Below are positions 16,200 to 29,720 of a stretch of DNA of 64,000 nt, piece by piece (the first letter of the stretch is position 1; every line of letters starts with the position of its first letter). The translations under genes and the position numbers were made by a program. The notes beneath the pieces are model-generated. The model made no database searches, was not told where the DNA came from, and was given only the letters and a program-made list of their open reading frames with translations. Location: the NCBI RefSeq assembly GCF_009914755.1, contig NC_060935.1, one strand, 5' to 3'. This DNA comes from the human T2T-CHM13v2.0 reference genome, Homo sapiens.

Positions 16200-17360
16200 A
16201 AAGTTTTCATCTTCATTGGTTCTACATTAAATACAATAAAATGCACCCATTTTAAGTGTGTAGTTTGATGAGTTTTAACAAACTATAATTTATGTAGAAA
16301 ATTTCCATTACCTCAAAAATTTCCCTTTAGCGGTTTTCCTCCTACCATATTCTAGCAACCGCTGATTTGTTTTTCTTTCTAATGTAATATATAAATGGAA
16401 TTTTACAGTATACACTATTTTGTATATGGCTTCTTGCTGCTTTTGCTCGTCACAATGTTTCTAAGACTCATGCAAAACTCCAAATATTACTAATAAATTC
16501 ATTCTTTCTGAATATATCTGTACTAGAGATATTATTGTTTATTTTATTGCTCAGTAATATTTCATTGTATGGATATACTGAAATTTATTTGTCCACTCAT
16601 CCATTGATGGATATTTGGATAGTTTTCAGTTTCAAGACCATTATGAATAAGGCTATTATGAACATTCATGTAAGAAGTGTTTTTAGAGATGTATGTTTTC
16701 ATTAATCTTGGGTAATTTCCTAGGAGTAGAATTTCTGGGTCATGTGGAAAATATAGGTGTAACTTTATGTAAAACTGTCACACTATTTTTAAAAGTGGTT
16801 GTACCATTTTTTATTCCTGCCAGCAATGTACGAGAGTTCTTTTTGCTGTACATCTTCACCAACATTTGATATTGATATTGATATTGATAGCTTTTTAATT
16901 TCAGTAATTCTAGTGGATAGGTAGTAGTATCTTGTGATTTCAATTCTCATTTCTTTTTTAAATAATGATGTTGCCCATCTTTTCATGGGCATATTGGACT
17001 TTCATAGATACTCTTTTATGAACTGTTCAAATCTTTTCTGCATTTTAAAAAAATGAGTTGATTATCTTTGTATTGACTTGTAAGAGTTGTTTATGTATTC
17101 TGGATGCGAGACCATTGTCAACCTTACTTATTGTGAACATTTTCTTCCAGTTTGTTGCTTGCCTTTTCGTTTACATAGTGTTTTTAGAAAAGCACATTTA
17201 GAAGTATATAAATTCAATTTCTCATATTTTATCTTTTATCATCCATTCTTTTTATGTTCTATTTAAGAAATATTTGCCTACACCAAAGTAGGGGAGATTT
17301 TCTAAGATTTTCTTCAGTTTTATAGTTTTAGTTTTTATGTTTAGGTCTGTGATCCATGGA
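16200..17360 (-). mobile_element. Old L1M 3' region
   Basis: cccattttaagtgtgtagtttgatgagtttt; ccattgatggatatttgg; ttttaatttcagtaattctagtgg. Confidence 0.7.
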
Positions 17361-18129
17361 AGTCATAATGTGGCCCTGCATGGTCCTTTAGTGTGGGAGT
17401 CTTTCATTTTTCTTAACAATTCTTTAATGAATTTAGGGAAAACATCTGAGAAAAATAGTAACCTGTGAATCTCATGAAAGATACCAAGAAAATAAAAACA
17501 CTGAGATGAAAAATTTCAGGCCATCAGAATAATATAGGTTAAAATATATTTTATGTAATGACCAACATTTGTCTTGTATCTTTTGTATTTTAAAACAACA
17601 GCAATACTAACTCCTCTGTCTATATATAGAAGACATTAGTTTACAGGGCAGGAATTTTCCCTCCAATAGTCACCAGTTGCTTAGACTTCTTCAGCCTATT
17701 CCAGGAAGAGACTAGTTTAAGTAATTGTATTGGATTATTTATCCATGCATTACACTATAAAATACACTCAATTCTTGCTCATTTATGCTATAGGTTTGGT
17801 TTTCTTTCAAATATAGTTGAGTATCCCAGATATTTTTAGGTAATTGACCCTGTATTTTAAATAATGACCATGTAATTGAAGATTGGAGATAACTGAGCAT
17901 TTGAATAACTGAATGACTTTTTATGTATTCTATTATATTGCATGCTCATTAAATTAAAAAAAAAACCTGGGTAAACTTTCCATACTACACATCATATCAG
18001 TATAAATGTGGTAATTTTAATTTCTTTTCCTGATATATACAGGCATACTTAACAAAATATCTATTTTACTTTATATTTTTATTATTTTCATGTTTTCCTT
18101 TATTATTATTATTTTTCTCTTCTCTTCCT

Positions 18130-18480
18130 TAATTACATCCTTTGCAGGGACATGGATGTAGCTGGAGGCCATTATCCTTAGCAAACTAACACAAAAACAG
18201 AAAACCAAATACTGCATGTTCTCACTGATAAGTGGGAGATAAATGATGAGAACACATGGACTCATAGAAGGAAATAACAAATGGGATCTTTTGGAGGGTG
18301 GAGGATGGGAGGAGGGAGAGAAGCAGGAAAAATAACGACTGGGTACTATGCTTAATAACTGGGTGATGAAATAATCTGTACAACCAATCCCCATGACACA
18401 TATTTCCTTATGTAACAAATCTGCACTTCCTGCACATGTACTCCTGAACTTAAAAAAAAGTAGAAATAAATAAAATAAAA
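18130..18480 (+). mobile_element. Short L1PA 3'UTR fragment in the sense orientation
   Basis: tcctttgcagggacatggatg...aaaaccaaatactgcatgttctcact...ctgaacttaaaa plus an A-rich tail. Confidence 0.9.
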
Positions 18481-18633
18481 TATAAATCCACAAATATTTA
18501 TTATTTTTAGTCACTATTTAAAGAATTTAGGAAAATTTACTTGAGTCTCCTTATTTTCTTTACCTGTTTATTGCTTTCTTCCCATTTTTCTTCTTTTTTT
18601 CCTTGCTAATTTGTATCCTCCAGTTTGAAATAT

Positions 18634-18658
18634 CACACACACACACACACACACACAC
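18634..18658. repeat. (CA)12 microsatellite about 105 nt upstream of exon 4
   Basis: Read directly from the sequence. Confidence 0.95.
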
Positions 18659-18763
18659 TTATAAAATGATCATACCAAGGGTTAGTTTGTCTTTGTCTTT
18701 TTTTTGGAATCTTTACTGTAATTCTGGGCAGGAAGTGCTAATTCTTTATTGGTTGCTTCACAG

Positions 18764-18805
18764 CCTGCAAAGCGATTCAATTTGTTCCTGAGGCGGCGGC
18801 TTATG
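18764..18805 (+). CDS. ANO5: ANO5 exon 4 (42 nt, c.139-180), PAKRFNLFLRRRLM
   Basis: tcacag|CCTGCAAAG...CTTATG|gtaaaa. Confidence 0.96.
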
Positions 18806-19076
18806 GTAAAACCAGTGCTGAATGATGCTGCTTATGCTCTGAATGGCTGCAGTGGTAGCCTTAGTTATTTTTCTTCTAATGAATACTTTGATTTGGGGGA
18901 ACATTGTCACTAATTCCTAGTCCCCAGGCAACTGAAGTTTAAGAATAGTGATTCTTAATTTGTTCTGGATTTGGATTAAATCTATAGATCCTCTTCCTAA
19001 AATGTATGCACATTCTCACACATACACGTAATTCATACAGTTTCAGTGGTTTATGAACTCTCATCAGGAATGCAGG

Positions 19077-19380
19077 GTTTTATTTTGTTTTGTTTTCACA
19101 CAGAGTCTTACTCTGTCGCCCAGGCTGGAGTGCAGTGGTGCAATTACAGCTCACTGCAGCCTCAACCTCCCTGGATCAGGTAATCCTCCCACCTCAGCCT
19201 TCTGAGTAACTGGGACCACAGGGGCACACCACCATGCTCAGCTAATTTTTGTATTTTTAGGAGAGATGAGTGGTTTCACCATGTTGTCCAGGCTGGTCTT
19301 GAACTCCTGAGCTCAAGCAATCATCTCTCCTCGGACTCTCAAAGTGCTGGGATTACAGGCATAAACCACCACACCCAGCT
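19077..19380 (-). mobile_element. AluJ, antisense to ANO5
   Basis: Reverse Alu dimer with J-type agctcactgcagcctcaacctcc and gagctcaagcaatc. Confidence 0.92.
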
Positions 19381-21575
19381 GGTAATTCAGGTGTTTGAAC
19401 CACAGAATAAGTACATCCTTTACAGAGAAGCCACTCAGATGTTTACATAATTACAAATAGATATTCTAAGGACAAATCAAATATAAACATAAACAAATGC
19501 ACACACATGCTACAAAATATATTTATATTATGTTTTGAGCAAAACAAAAGCATGATGTATGTTAGTAACATTCAGTTATATGTGACAGAATTATCAGATT
19601 TTTCTGCCTCAACCTTAACTGATTTTTATTAGTAGTCCTGAGACATGTCTCTCATGCTGACTTACAAGGCTCCCAGTGATTTTTTTCCCATATTTAAAAC
19701 AGATTTACAGTGTATCATCAGGGTGTGATATAATGATAGAAATTTGTGTTTTCCTAGCTAGCCTTTGGCTTTCAGAAGGACAGTATGTATACCTATTTTT
19801 GACTGAGCACTCCGGAAAATCACTGGAATTACTATTCTCTTAGCTACTTTGTCTGTTTTCTTGCTGTCGAATACTCTGAATATGAGTTTTGTTAATTCAT
19901 ACGTGCACATGTTCTGTTACCAGAACTGTTCTTTGTGTACCCAGATTTAGCTTATGTAAACAATACAAGTACCTGTAAATATATTAGTTTTTGAAAACAA
20001 AGCAAAAAACAACAAAAAACCCCTCTATCATACAAAATATGACTGTCACAGACTTAGAGAAAGAGGACTATTTTTTTCTTTTAATTTTTGAGCTTTGATT
20101 TTATTTAGTCTAAGTAGTATATTATTTCTGCCTCAGTTGCCTTCCAAGAATTTTGGTGAATTTCATAAGATGCTAACGCTGTGATGATTTATAAGAGTGC
20201 CAATGATTTGTTTGGGTTTTTTCTTTCTTTTCAAGTTTTAGTGATTTATAATCAAAGTATAGTGTGATAGCAGTTTGATTTTTCTCAGGTTCTTTTACTT
20301 TCTTTTAGGAAATAGGAGATGATTATGCATCCTTTGGCTGAGGTGAAGAGAACTCAGACATAACATTTGAGTTACTGTATCTTGGCACTTAATCTCTAGG
20401 TTCCCTAGATTTTTTTTTTTTTTTTTAATTCTTAGTTCCCTTTTCCACACATTTCTTCCTGTGCATTGGGAGCTAGTTTTTTTTCTGAGACACATCAGCT
20501 TTGCATCAGCTATGTAAATGCACTTACTTTGTTCATAGACCACAGATCAAACATGAGACTTATGGCTTATTTGCATATAACTGATCCTCATCCATTCCCT
20601 TTTCTGGGAGGCCTGTCTCACCTGACTTGGGTAAAAAAATCCCATAGGGTACAATAAAGGAAACTCATGAATTAATAGAAACACTAGTTGTGAAAATTAA
20701 AACCATATAGTTACTCATTCGCAGGTGAGCTAAAGCAATTGGAAAACTATCTAATTGACAGCCACTGTATTATCTATTTGCATAATTCTAAGTGTAATAA
20801 TACATGTAGGCTAGCAGGAATATTAAGTATTAGATATAAACTTTAAATAAAACCAAATCAGTCAAACATGAAATCTCTTTCTTCTGAAGCTCTCTCATGT
20901 TTTTGCTGTTTTTAAAGTGAAGGAACTAATGAACTAACTACACAACACGTGAAAGTTGAACTTGTTAAGTGTAATTATTATACTGAGATAATTCATGCAA
21001 ATTTAAAAAAGGATTGATTTTTGCTCACCTGGGAAATTGATGTTGAAGGGCGAGTTGCATGAAACCTAACTTGTGATGCCAGCTAATAAGCTACCTGCTT
21101 TATAATATTTAACTGCACCTTGATTTTATTTTAATCCTTACAAAGTTGAATTAGGAAGTGACAATTTTATAAAAACATAGAATAAACATTAATCATAAGT
21201 TTATTTTCTTATAGTGAGACTCCATTAATTGGTCTGTAATTAATTATACCCCCAAAGTTGTGTGTAGCCATGAATTATTTAGTGGACTAAGTGATATCTT
21301 GTTTGATGAAGGGAACAAGTCAGTCTCTGAATGTGCATTTTGAGATCAATTTATACATATATTCATTTCATATTTTGGTATGTTTGCAGCATTTTTGTTG
21401 TATGTGCATGTAGTTAACATGCTTATCTTCCTCCTGAGTCATTATTGCTTAATCTTTTATATGGAATTTCACTTTATAAAACAAAGCATAATCTGTTGCT
21501 GAAAACTCTGGTTATTTGTCTTGATTTGACTAAATTATAAATAATTCCTTTTGTGCTTTTGCCATTTCAGAATAA

Positions 21576-21740
<165 letters not shown>

Positions 21741-22559
21741 TAACAGAAGTGGGAATAATAAAAAGAAGCACATTTTATAATTTCACATGGATATCTGGAT
21801 TGAATTATGTTGTAAAAGTGAGAGGCCCTGAAGTGTTACTGAAAACTGAAACTGAATGAGATAACTGTAAAGTAGGCAGCCTAAGAATAGACATGTAAAG
21901 TCAATGTTATCTTTTTGGATATTTTGCATACTAACTTATTTTTCTTCTTCTTCCAAGTAACTGATTCTTTTTATAGCTCACTTTAGATATTAAATGTAAC
22001 ATCCAAAATTTGAGGTATGTGTCTGAATATAATAATTACCTTTTGTATGATATTTTCATTTTGGAAATGTATGACTAATCCATTGCTCCAGGTATAGCTT
22101 TTATATTGTACTCTATTCCTGATTCTATTTTATTTGTATTACACATCACTTTATGAGCTTATTTATTCATGTTTTTACTTGTTTGCTGTCTCCAACACTA
22201 TAAATTAAGTTTATGAGGCCAAGCACTTTGTCTTGTTCACCGTTATGTACCCAAATCCTAGAACAATGGTTGGACTATAATGGATACTCAATAAATACTC
22301 AATATTTGAAATCATAAATTAATCCATTTTTATACACATATATGTGTGTGTGCATACACACACATTTACTTATGTACTTACAACATAAATGTCATATAAA
22401 ATAAAAATAAAAAATGAAGATATTATTCCCACAAGACTCCATACATATACAGGTCTGTCCCTTTTTTCCACCCACTGCCTGGAAAGCCTTCTACCAGGCC
22501 TCTGAAATTCATGACCCATCATCATTTTCATCTCTTCTCCGAACATTCCCTTCAAACCT

Positions 22560-24860
22560 CTTTGAGGTTTTTTGCTTTCCGTAGCAGTCCTCTCAAGTGA
22601 TGTTTACTTTTCTTTATACAACATTTCCCTAGAGATGGGGTAAATGCTGCTTGCCTTCCTTGTATCTTGTTGATTATACTGTGTTCTCCTTCACTTGTCC
22701 CTGAAATTCCTGAGATTTAAATCTCATCAGATTTATTATTATCCTGCATTGTTTTTGTCATTTATCTTTCTCTGCATCTTCTATTCCTCAACAATTTTAC
22801 CTCCTGGATCACTGTCCGTCTTTCCAGCAATCTTTTAAAATCATTGATAATATCAATTCATACTTAGATGATTATTTTGACACTCTGGCCTCTCTGTTCC
22901 TTGAACTCCCTTTTCCAATAATCTTAGCTTCTACTCAGCCATTCACTCACCTAGAACTTGTCACTACTAATAACTGCAACTCTTTATAATTTCGTTTTAC
23001 ATGTACAACTGTCTGATTATACCTCAAATCTTTCTGATCCACATTCTTCCTCTTTCAACCTCACCAGGACCAGATAAGATGCAATCGTCTTACTGCTTTT
23101 TGCTGCTCTTATTCCCCTCTCACTCTTTATTCAGCTTATGTCTCGTGGTCAACAATTTTAATTACTCTGTTACATATCCCGCCAAGTCCCTTGCCCCTCT
23201 CCCAGTTGTACTTGACAAAATAACAACTTTAGTTAAACCCAACCCTACCTACTAAATGCCAGCACACATGCAGAAAGGAAAACTTACAATTTACTGACTG
23301 ACTTTACCTTGTATTTGTGCCCATGGACCTTAACTGGGTCCTTATGCTGTGTGGCAATCATACTTTCCTTCCATATTCTGTTTTCTCCCACTTTCTTAGA
23401 TGACTGTTTTATAATGCTTTTTCTTTCCTCACACCTCCAACACCTCCTCCTGTCTTCAAGCTTAGCTGATCATATTTTTCTGTTTCATTGAGAAAACTGA
23501 AGCAAGAAGAGAAAACCTATAAATTTCTACCATCACATCTGTCCATCCACCAGGAGTTTTGCCTGTGTAAGCTATCTTACTTTCTGTTACCATAGACAAA
23601 CTATTTATCCTTCTACCTAAAGCCAACTGCTCCACTTGTGCCCTGCATTCTCTTTCTTCTTGCCTACTATTCAGGAGTGCCAAAGACAACCCTCAGGTTT
23701 AGGGGTTCATTAGAAGGAATCACAGGACTCAGTATATAGTCATGCTTATGGAGACGTTTTATTACAGTGAAATGATAAAAAGCAAAACGAGCAAGGGAAA
23801 AAGCTTATGGGACAAAGTCTGGAGGAAACCAGGAGTAAGCTTGTGAGAATTCCCTCTCAGTAGAATCACAGGATATACACTTACTTTTTCCAGCAACAAT
23901 GTATGAAAACACATGTGAAATATCTATTGGGCAAGCCCATTAGAGTGCCCTAGGTTTTTATTAGGGGCTGGTTACCTTGTCACCTTCTGCCTAGCACATA
24001 CCAAAATTTCATACTCCCAGAAGGAAAGCAGATATTCAGCATAAATAACACTGTTTGTAAAAACAGTATAGGCAAAATGAGCCACTCTTATCAGTTCTGG
24101 GAGTGGAGGGAACTCTTCAGAAAAGCAAGTCCCAGACACTAGGACCAACCTTTCTAAAGTTGCAGGCAGGCCTTTCTAAGGATAGCAATTTAATCCCTGC
24201 TTTATTAACTCTTTTCTGTATACCTATTTTGGGATATTGCTCTGAAAATTAGTTCCTCTTTCTCCTAAATTATATTTGATATTCTTTACTGGGCCATTTT
24301 CTTCCATGAATAACTAGGCTGTTAATTTTTCTATATTAAAAAGGTATGAATAAAAACCCTCTTTTTGTTCCAGTTTTCCTATTAGCTACTATTTCTCTAT
24401 TTTTTTTCTTTTCAATTATATATTAAACCTATTCCTTTCAAGCCTTTATCCCAACCACTCTGCCCATCTCCTTGTATAAAATCCAATGGTCAAGCCTCAG
24501 CCCTCATCTTACTTGACCTATTAGCAATATTTAACACAGTTGATCCTTCCCTTTTCTATTGTGTATGTTCTTCATGTGGCTTCCAGGACTCCACATTATC
24601 TTAGTTTTTTTCTTATTTCACTAGTTGCTCCTTCTCAGTCTTTACTTCTCCTAAATCACTTATTATTAAAGTACCTCAGGGCACAGTCCTTAATCCTCAC
24701 CTTTCCTTATCTTACACTGATGTATTTGATGATTCTGTCTTACAGTTTTAAAATCATATATTTTATGATTTTATATACATTAATCATACAATCCCAGAAT
24801 TCATTTTTCCAGTCCACATTTCTCTTCCAACTGTGCATAACTAAATGACTGTTCTGTATC
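22560..24860. mobile_element. Long, degraded L2 remnant, interrupted by an LTR
   Basis: C/T-rich L2-like sequence (aaatccaatggtcaagcctcagccctcatcttacttgacct). Confidence 0.6.
23672..24221 (-). mobile_element. MER21-like LTR
   Basis: ggcctttctaaggatagca...ttaactcttttctgta end; gagccactcttatcagttctggga; ccagaaggaaagcag. Confidence 0.75.
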
Positions 24861-24872
24861 TCATACCTTCAA

Positions 24873-25655
24873 TAAGGTACTGGCATAACAACAGACACAC
24901 AGGCCAATGAAATAGAATAGAGAATCCAGATTTAAATCTATGAATTTAAAACAAGTTCATCTTTGACAAAGGGGCCAAGTGCATACAATGGAGAAAAGAT
25001 AGGCTTTTCAATAAATGATGCTGATGAAACTGGATAACTATATGTGGAAGAATGATACCAGATCCATAGTTCTTACCATACAAAAGATCAAATCAAAGTG
25101 GCTTAAAGCTTTGACTCTAAGACCTGAAACTATGAAACTACCAGAAGAAAACACTAAGGAAATGCTCCAGGACATTGGTGCAGACAGACTTCTTGTGTAA
25201 GACCAGGCAATTAAAGGAAAAATAGACCACTGGGATTAAATCAAGCCAAAAAGCTTCTGCACAGCAAAGGAAAAGTGCCCATTGTTGGATGAATAGATAA
25301 AGAAAACGTGGCAAATACATAAAATGGAATATTTTTCAGCCATTGAAAAAATGAAATACTATCATTTGCAGCCATCGATGGAACTGGAAGCCATTATGTT
25401 AAGTGAAATAAACCAAGCACAAAAAGACAAATGTCATATGTTCTCACTCATGTGCAGGAGGTAAAAATGTGGATCTCATGAAGATAGAGTAGATTGGTGG
25501 CTACCAGAAGCCAGGAAAGGGAAGGGGAAGGAGGGAGATAAAGGGGGAAAAACAATATAATGCATTTATTACTACTGAACTATACACTTAAAAATGGTAA
25601 AGATGGTAAGTTATATATGTATATTTTAACTCAATAAAAATGTTTTAAAAAGAAA
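24873..25655 (+). mobile_element. L1MA-like ORF2/3'UTR fragment with an internal deletion
   Basis: gtactggcataa...gaaatagaatagagaatccag; ggaactggaagccattatgttaagtgaaata; ends caataaaaa. Confidence 0.8.
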
Positions 25656-25695
25656 AAATGCTTTTTTTTGTCATCAATACATTGCTTTAATAAAA

Positions 25696-25997
25696 GCTGG
25701 GTGGGTGGTTCACACCTATAATCCCAGTGCTTTGGCAGGCTAAGGCGGGAGGATGAGTTGAGGCCAGGAGTTCAAGGCCAGCCTGGGCAGATAATGAGAC
25801 ACAGTCTCTATGAAAAAATTTTTTAAAAATTATCCGAGTGTGGAGACACCTTCTTGTAGTCCCAGCTACTCAGGAGGCTAGGGAGGATCACTTGAGCCCA
25901 GGAGTGTGATGCTATAATGGGCTGTGATCACAACACTGTACTCCAGCCCGGGTGACAGAGTGAGACCCTGTCACTACAAAACGAACAAACAAACAAA
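25696..25997 (+). mobile_element. AluJ with an (AAAC)n tail
   Basis: Forward dimer; ggatcacttgagcccaggag. Confidence 0.9.
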
Positions 25998-26501
25998 TGA
26001 AGAACTAAGCACCCAAGTGGTTATTTTCAGTAATGACCTATAGTTAAATGTAAGTTTACTTTTTGCTAAGTGAAGCCATTTTGTCCTTCAGGATTAAAAA
26101 GTCTTGATGACATACTGGCTTAAAATTCCATTAAATGTATAGTTTATTTGAAGAGTATTGATCTTTGTAATAGTGAATCTTTTCAACTTGGAGCATATGT
26201 CTCTCTGTTTATAAAGTTTTTTTATAATTTATGTTATTCAGTAAAGTTTTGTACATTTCTTCAGATAGAGGCTCTGCATATTTCCTGGTGATTATTCCTG
26301 GATATACTGCATTTTTGTAGTTGTGAATTATAGTACAAGAGAAAAGCAGTACCTGACATTCAGATGGAGCATTTTTATATACAACCATGGGAGGGGCAGA
26401 GAGCCATCCAGAGTCACAGCCATTGTATATTGAATCTGTCAATACTGAGCAAATAAAACAAAAGCATTCTGCATAATTCTGTTGATTTTTTTTTGTCATA
26501 G

Positions 26502-26603
<102 letters not shown>

Positions 26604-27044
26604 TAATTTAAGTGTTGTTTTCTCCTACTCTGGCCTTTGCCTGGATAGACTCTGTGTTTGGGGGCAATACAATAGCTCTTTTGGCTACAGATATGTGCAC
26701 CGGGATGATAGGGCCTGTGGTCTTACAGGTAAGTAGATGAGTACTGTGAATATGCAGTAATAAATGGAACACTTTATAAATTGACACAGTTTGCATTCAG
26801 GATACAAAGAGAAAGAAGATGTGGACTTTTTATCATAACAGTTTCATTTTGAAGTCTGCCTATAATCTGGTACCCTAAATAATTAACCAGGCTGTCTTGC
26901 AGCATAACCTGCTGTTTAAGCCAAGACATTCTTTCTGTTCATGAATCTACCAAATTTTCTTTTTAAAGTCATTTTATTTACTGTTTTTCTAGAATTTCCT
27001 TCAAAATTGTTTTTAAAGGCCTATTTAATATCTTACCCTATCTA

Positions 27045-27247
27045 TTCCAGCCTGGGCAACATAGCAAGATCCTGTCTCTACAAAAAATAAAAAATAAAAA
27101 ATTAGTTGGGCATGGTGCCTGTAGTCCAGCTACCTGAGAGGCCAAAGCAGGAGGATTGCTGGAGCCCAGGAGTTTCATGGTTGTGCTGCTGCACTCCAGC
27201 CTTGCCAACAGAGTGACGCTCTGTCTTAAAGAAAAAGAAAAGAAAAA
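27045..27247 (+). mobile_element. 5'-truncated AluJ
   Basis: ccagcctgggcaacatagcaaga...ctgcactccagcc...A-rich tail. Confidence 0.88.
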
Positions 27248-27786
27248 CAGAAGCATTACTCTCTAGTTCTCCCATTTTCAGTGAACTAATAAATTATTAT
27301 ACCACACAATCCATAATTTCTCCTATGCCATGAACCTTTGTTACCTAAAGTTCTTCCTCATTGTGTAGGCTAAACAAAGAAGCTGGGTAAGAAGAGTGAG
27401 TACGTTTTACAGTTTATATGTATCACTTATATAACGTAAGTAAAATTTTGAGCTTATAGCTAGTTACTAAAAACTTAAGAAATTGCCCAGAACCGCATAG
27501 GTTATTGTGGATTTAGAGATGAGTATACATTGACCATGAAATATATGTTTAAAAATAGTCTTTCTCTGCATGTGTCTTTGTATGTCTCTCTTTCTGTCTT
27601 TCACATATATACACACATTATATGTATACATATATACATGTTTTTGTAACTATATGTTTTGTGAATTTTGTTTTCTCAAAGTTTTGCCTGAAAATTTCAA
27701 AATATTGAAAATGCTTTGATGTGTTTGAGATTTTATAAAATATTATCCATCTTATTTAATCAGCTCAATAACAAACTGATCAGTAA

Positions 27787-28212
<426 letters not shown>

Positions 28213-28869
28213 TAGGATATAAGCATTTGGTGATATTGGGGAGTTTGAAAGTCTAATTAGACCACATAAACGTATTACTCTCCCTAACTCTCAAACTGTT
28301 GTTTAAAAGTGAGTGGTTGATGGTATGGATGTAGTAAAGAAAGAGATGTTATACAATATTGGAAAAAGCAATTAATTGAGAGCTAGAGGACTTTGATTTT
28401 GTAAGATCTTTGTAAAATGGTTTTACAAACTTGGAGTTTGGTTTTATACAGTCAGTGCATAGTAAAGGAACTATCATTCCAAATGGAAATGAAATGTTTT
28501 AATTCCTTTATATATGGATAAAATTTGAGAAACCTCAAAACTTTTTTTTCCCTTCATTTACAACTATTTTCTGCCTTCTAAATAGTCTTGTTTTCTCTGC
28601 ATTTGAAGTCCTAGGATCTTTAAGTTTCCCATTGAAAACCTCTCTCAGAAAGAATCATGGTTTTGTGCCACTGTTTCTTTGTGCTTAGACTGGAATAATA
28701 TCCACTTCATAGGTTACCCAGATAATTAAATTAGTTCAGACATAAAGAGCTTTGAGCAGTGCCTGGCTTGTACCAAGTGTTCAACAAGCGTTAAGATGTT
28801 ATTATCATTATTTATCTGGCTTTCAGAGGGAAAAAAATAAGGTTGTATGTTACCTTTTATAGCTTGCTT

Positions 28870-29720
28870 ATTTTAAAAAATTTATGATTGACACATAATT
28901 GTACATATTTATGTGATAAAATGTGATGTTTCAATACATGTATACATTATGTAATGAACAAATTGGGATAATTAGCATCTCCATCATCTTAAAATTTTTC
29001 ATTTTTTTGTGATGAGACCATTCAAAAACCTCTCTTCTAGCTATTTTGATACTTTATTGTTAATGTTAGTCATCCTACTATGCAATAGAACACCAGAACT
29101 TATTCATCTTATCTAACTATAACTTTGTACCCGTTGACCAATCTCTCCCCATTCTTTCCTCCCCCTACCTCTTCCCATTCTCTGCTAATCACTATTCTAC
29201 CCTCTACTTCTATGAAAACAACTTTGTAGATTCCACATATGGCTGAGATCATATGGTGTTGATCTTTCTCTTCCTACCTTAATGTCCTCTAGGTTCATAT
29301 TGTCACAAATGACAACATTTCATTCTTTTTATGGCTATATCTAGCCATAAAATTTATTTAATTCTGTGTGTACACCTTTTCTTTCTTCATTCATTCATTG
29401 ATGGACATTTAGATTGATTCCACATCTTGGGTATCGTGAATAGTGCTGCAGTAAACATAGGATGGCAGATATCTCTTAGACATACTGATTTCATTCCCTT
29501 TAGGCATATACCCAGTAATGGGATTGCTGGATTATGTGGTAGCTCTATATTTAATTTTTTGAGGACCGTCCATATTGTCTTTCATAATGGCTATACCAAT
29601 TTGTATTCTCATCTGTAGTGTGTAAGACTACACACTCTCCACCTTCTCTCCATGTCCTCTCCAACGTCCTCTCCAACACTTTCTCTAGGTACTCTCCAAC
29701 ACTTGTTATCTTTTGATTTT
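28870..29720 (-). mobile_element. L1MA 3' end
   Basis: aattgtacatatttatg...tagattccacatatg...cccagtaatgggattgctggatt. Confidence 0.85.

Noticed and set aside
18071-18514. 147-aa minus-strand ORF
   Set aside because: It is an antisense reading of an L1 3'UTR plus low-complexity flanks, a common spurious ORF.
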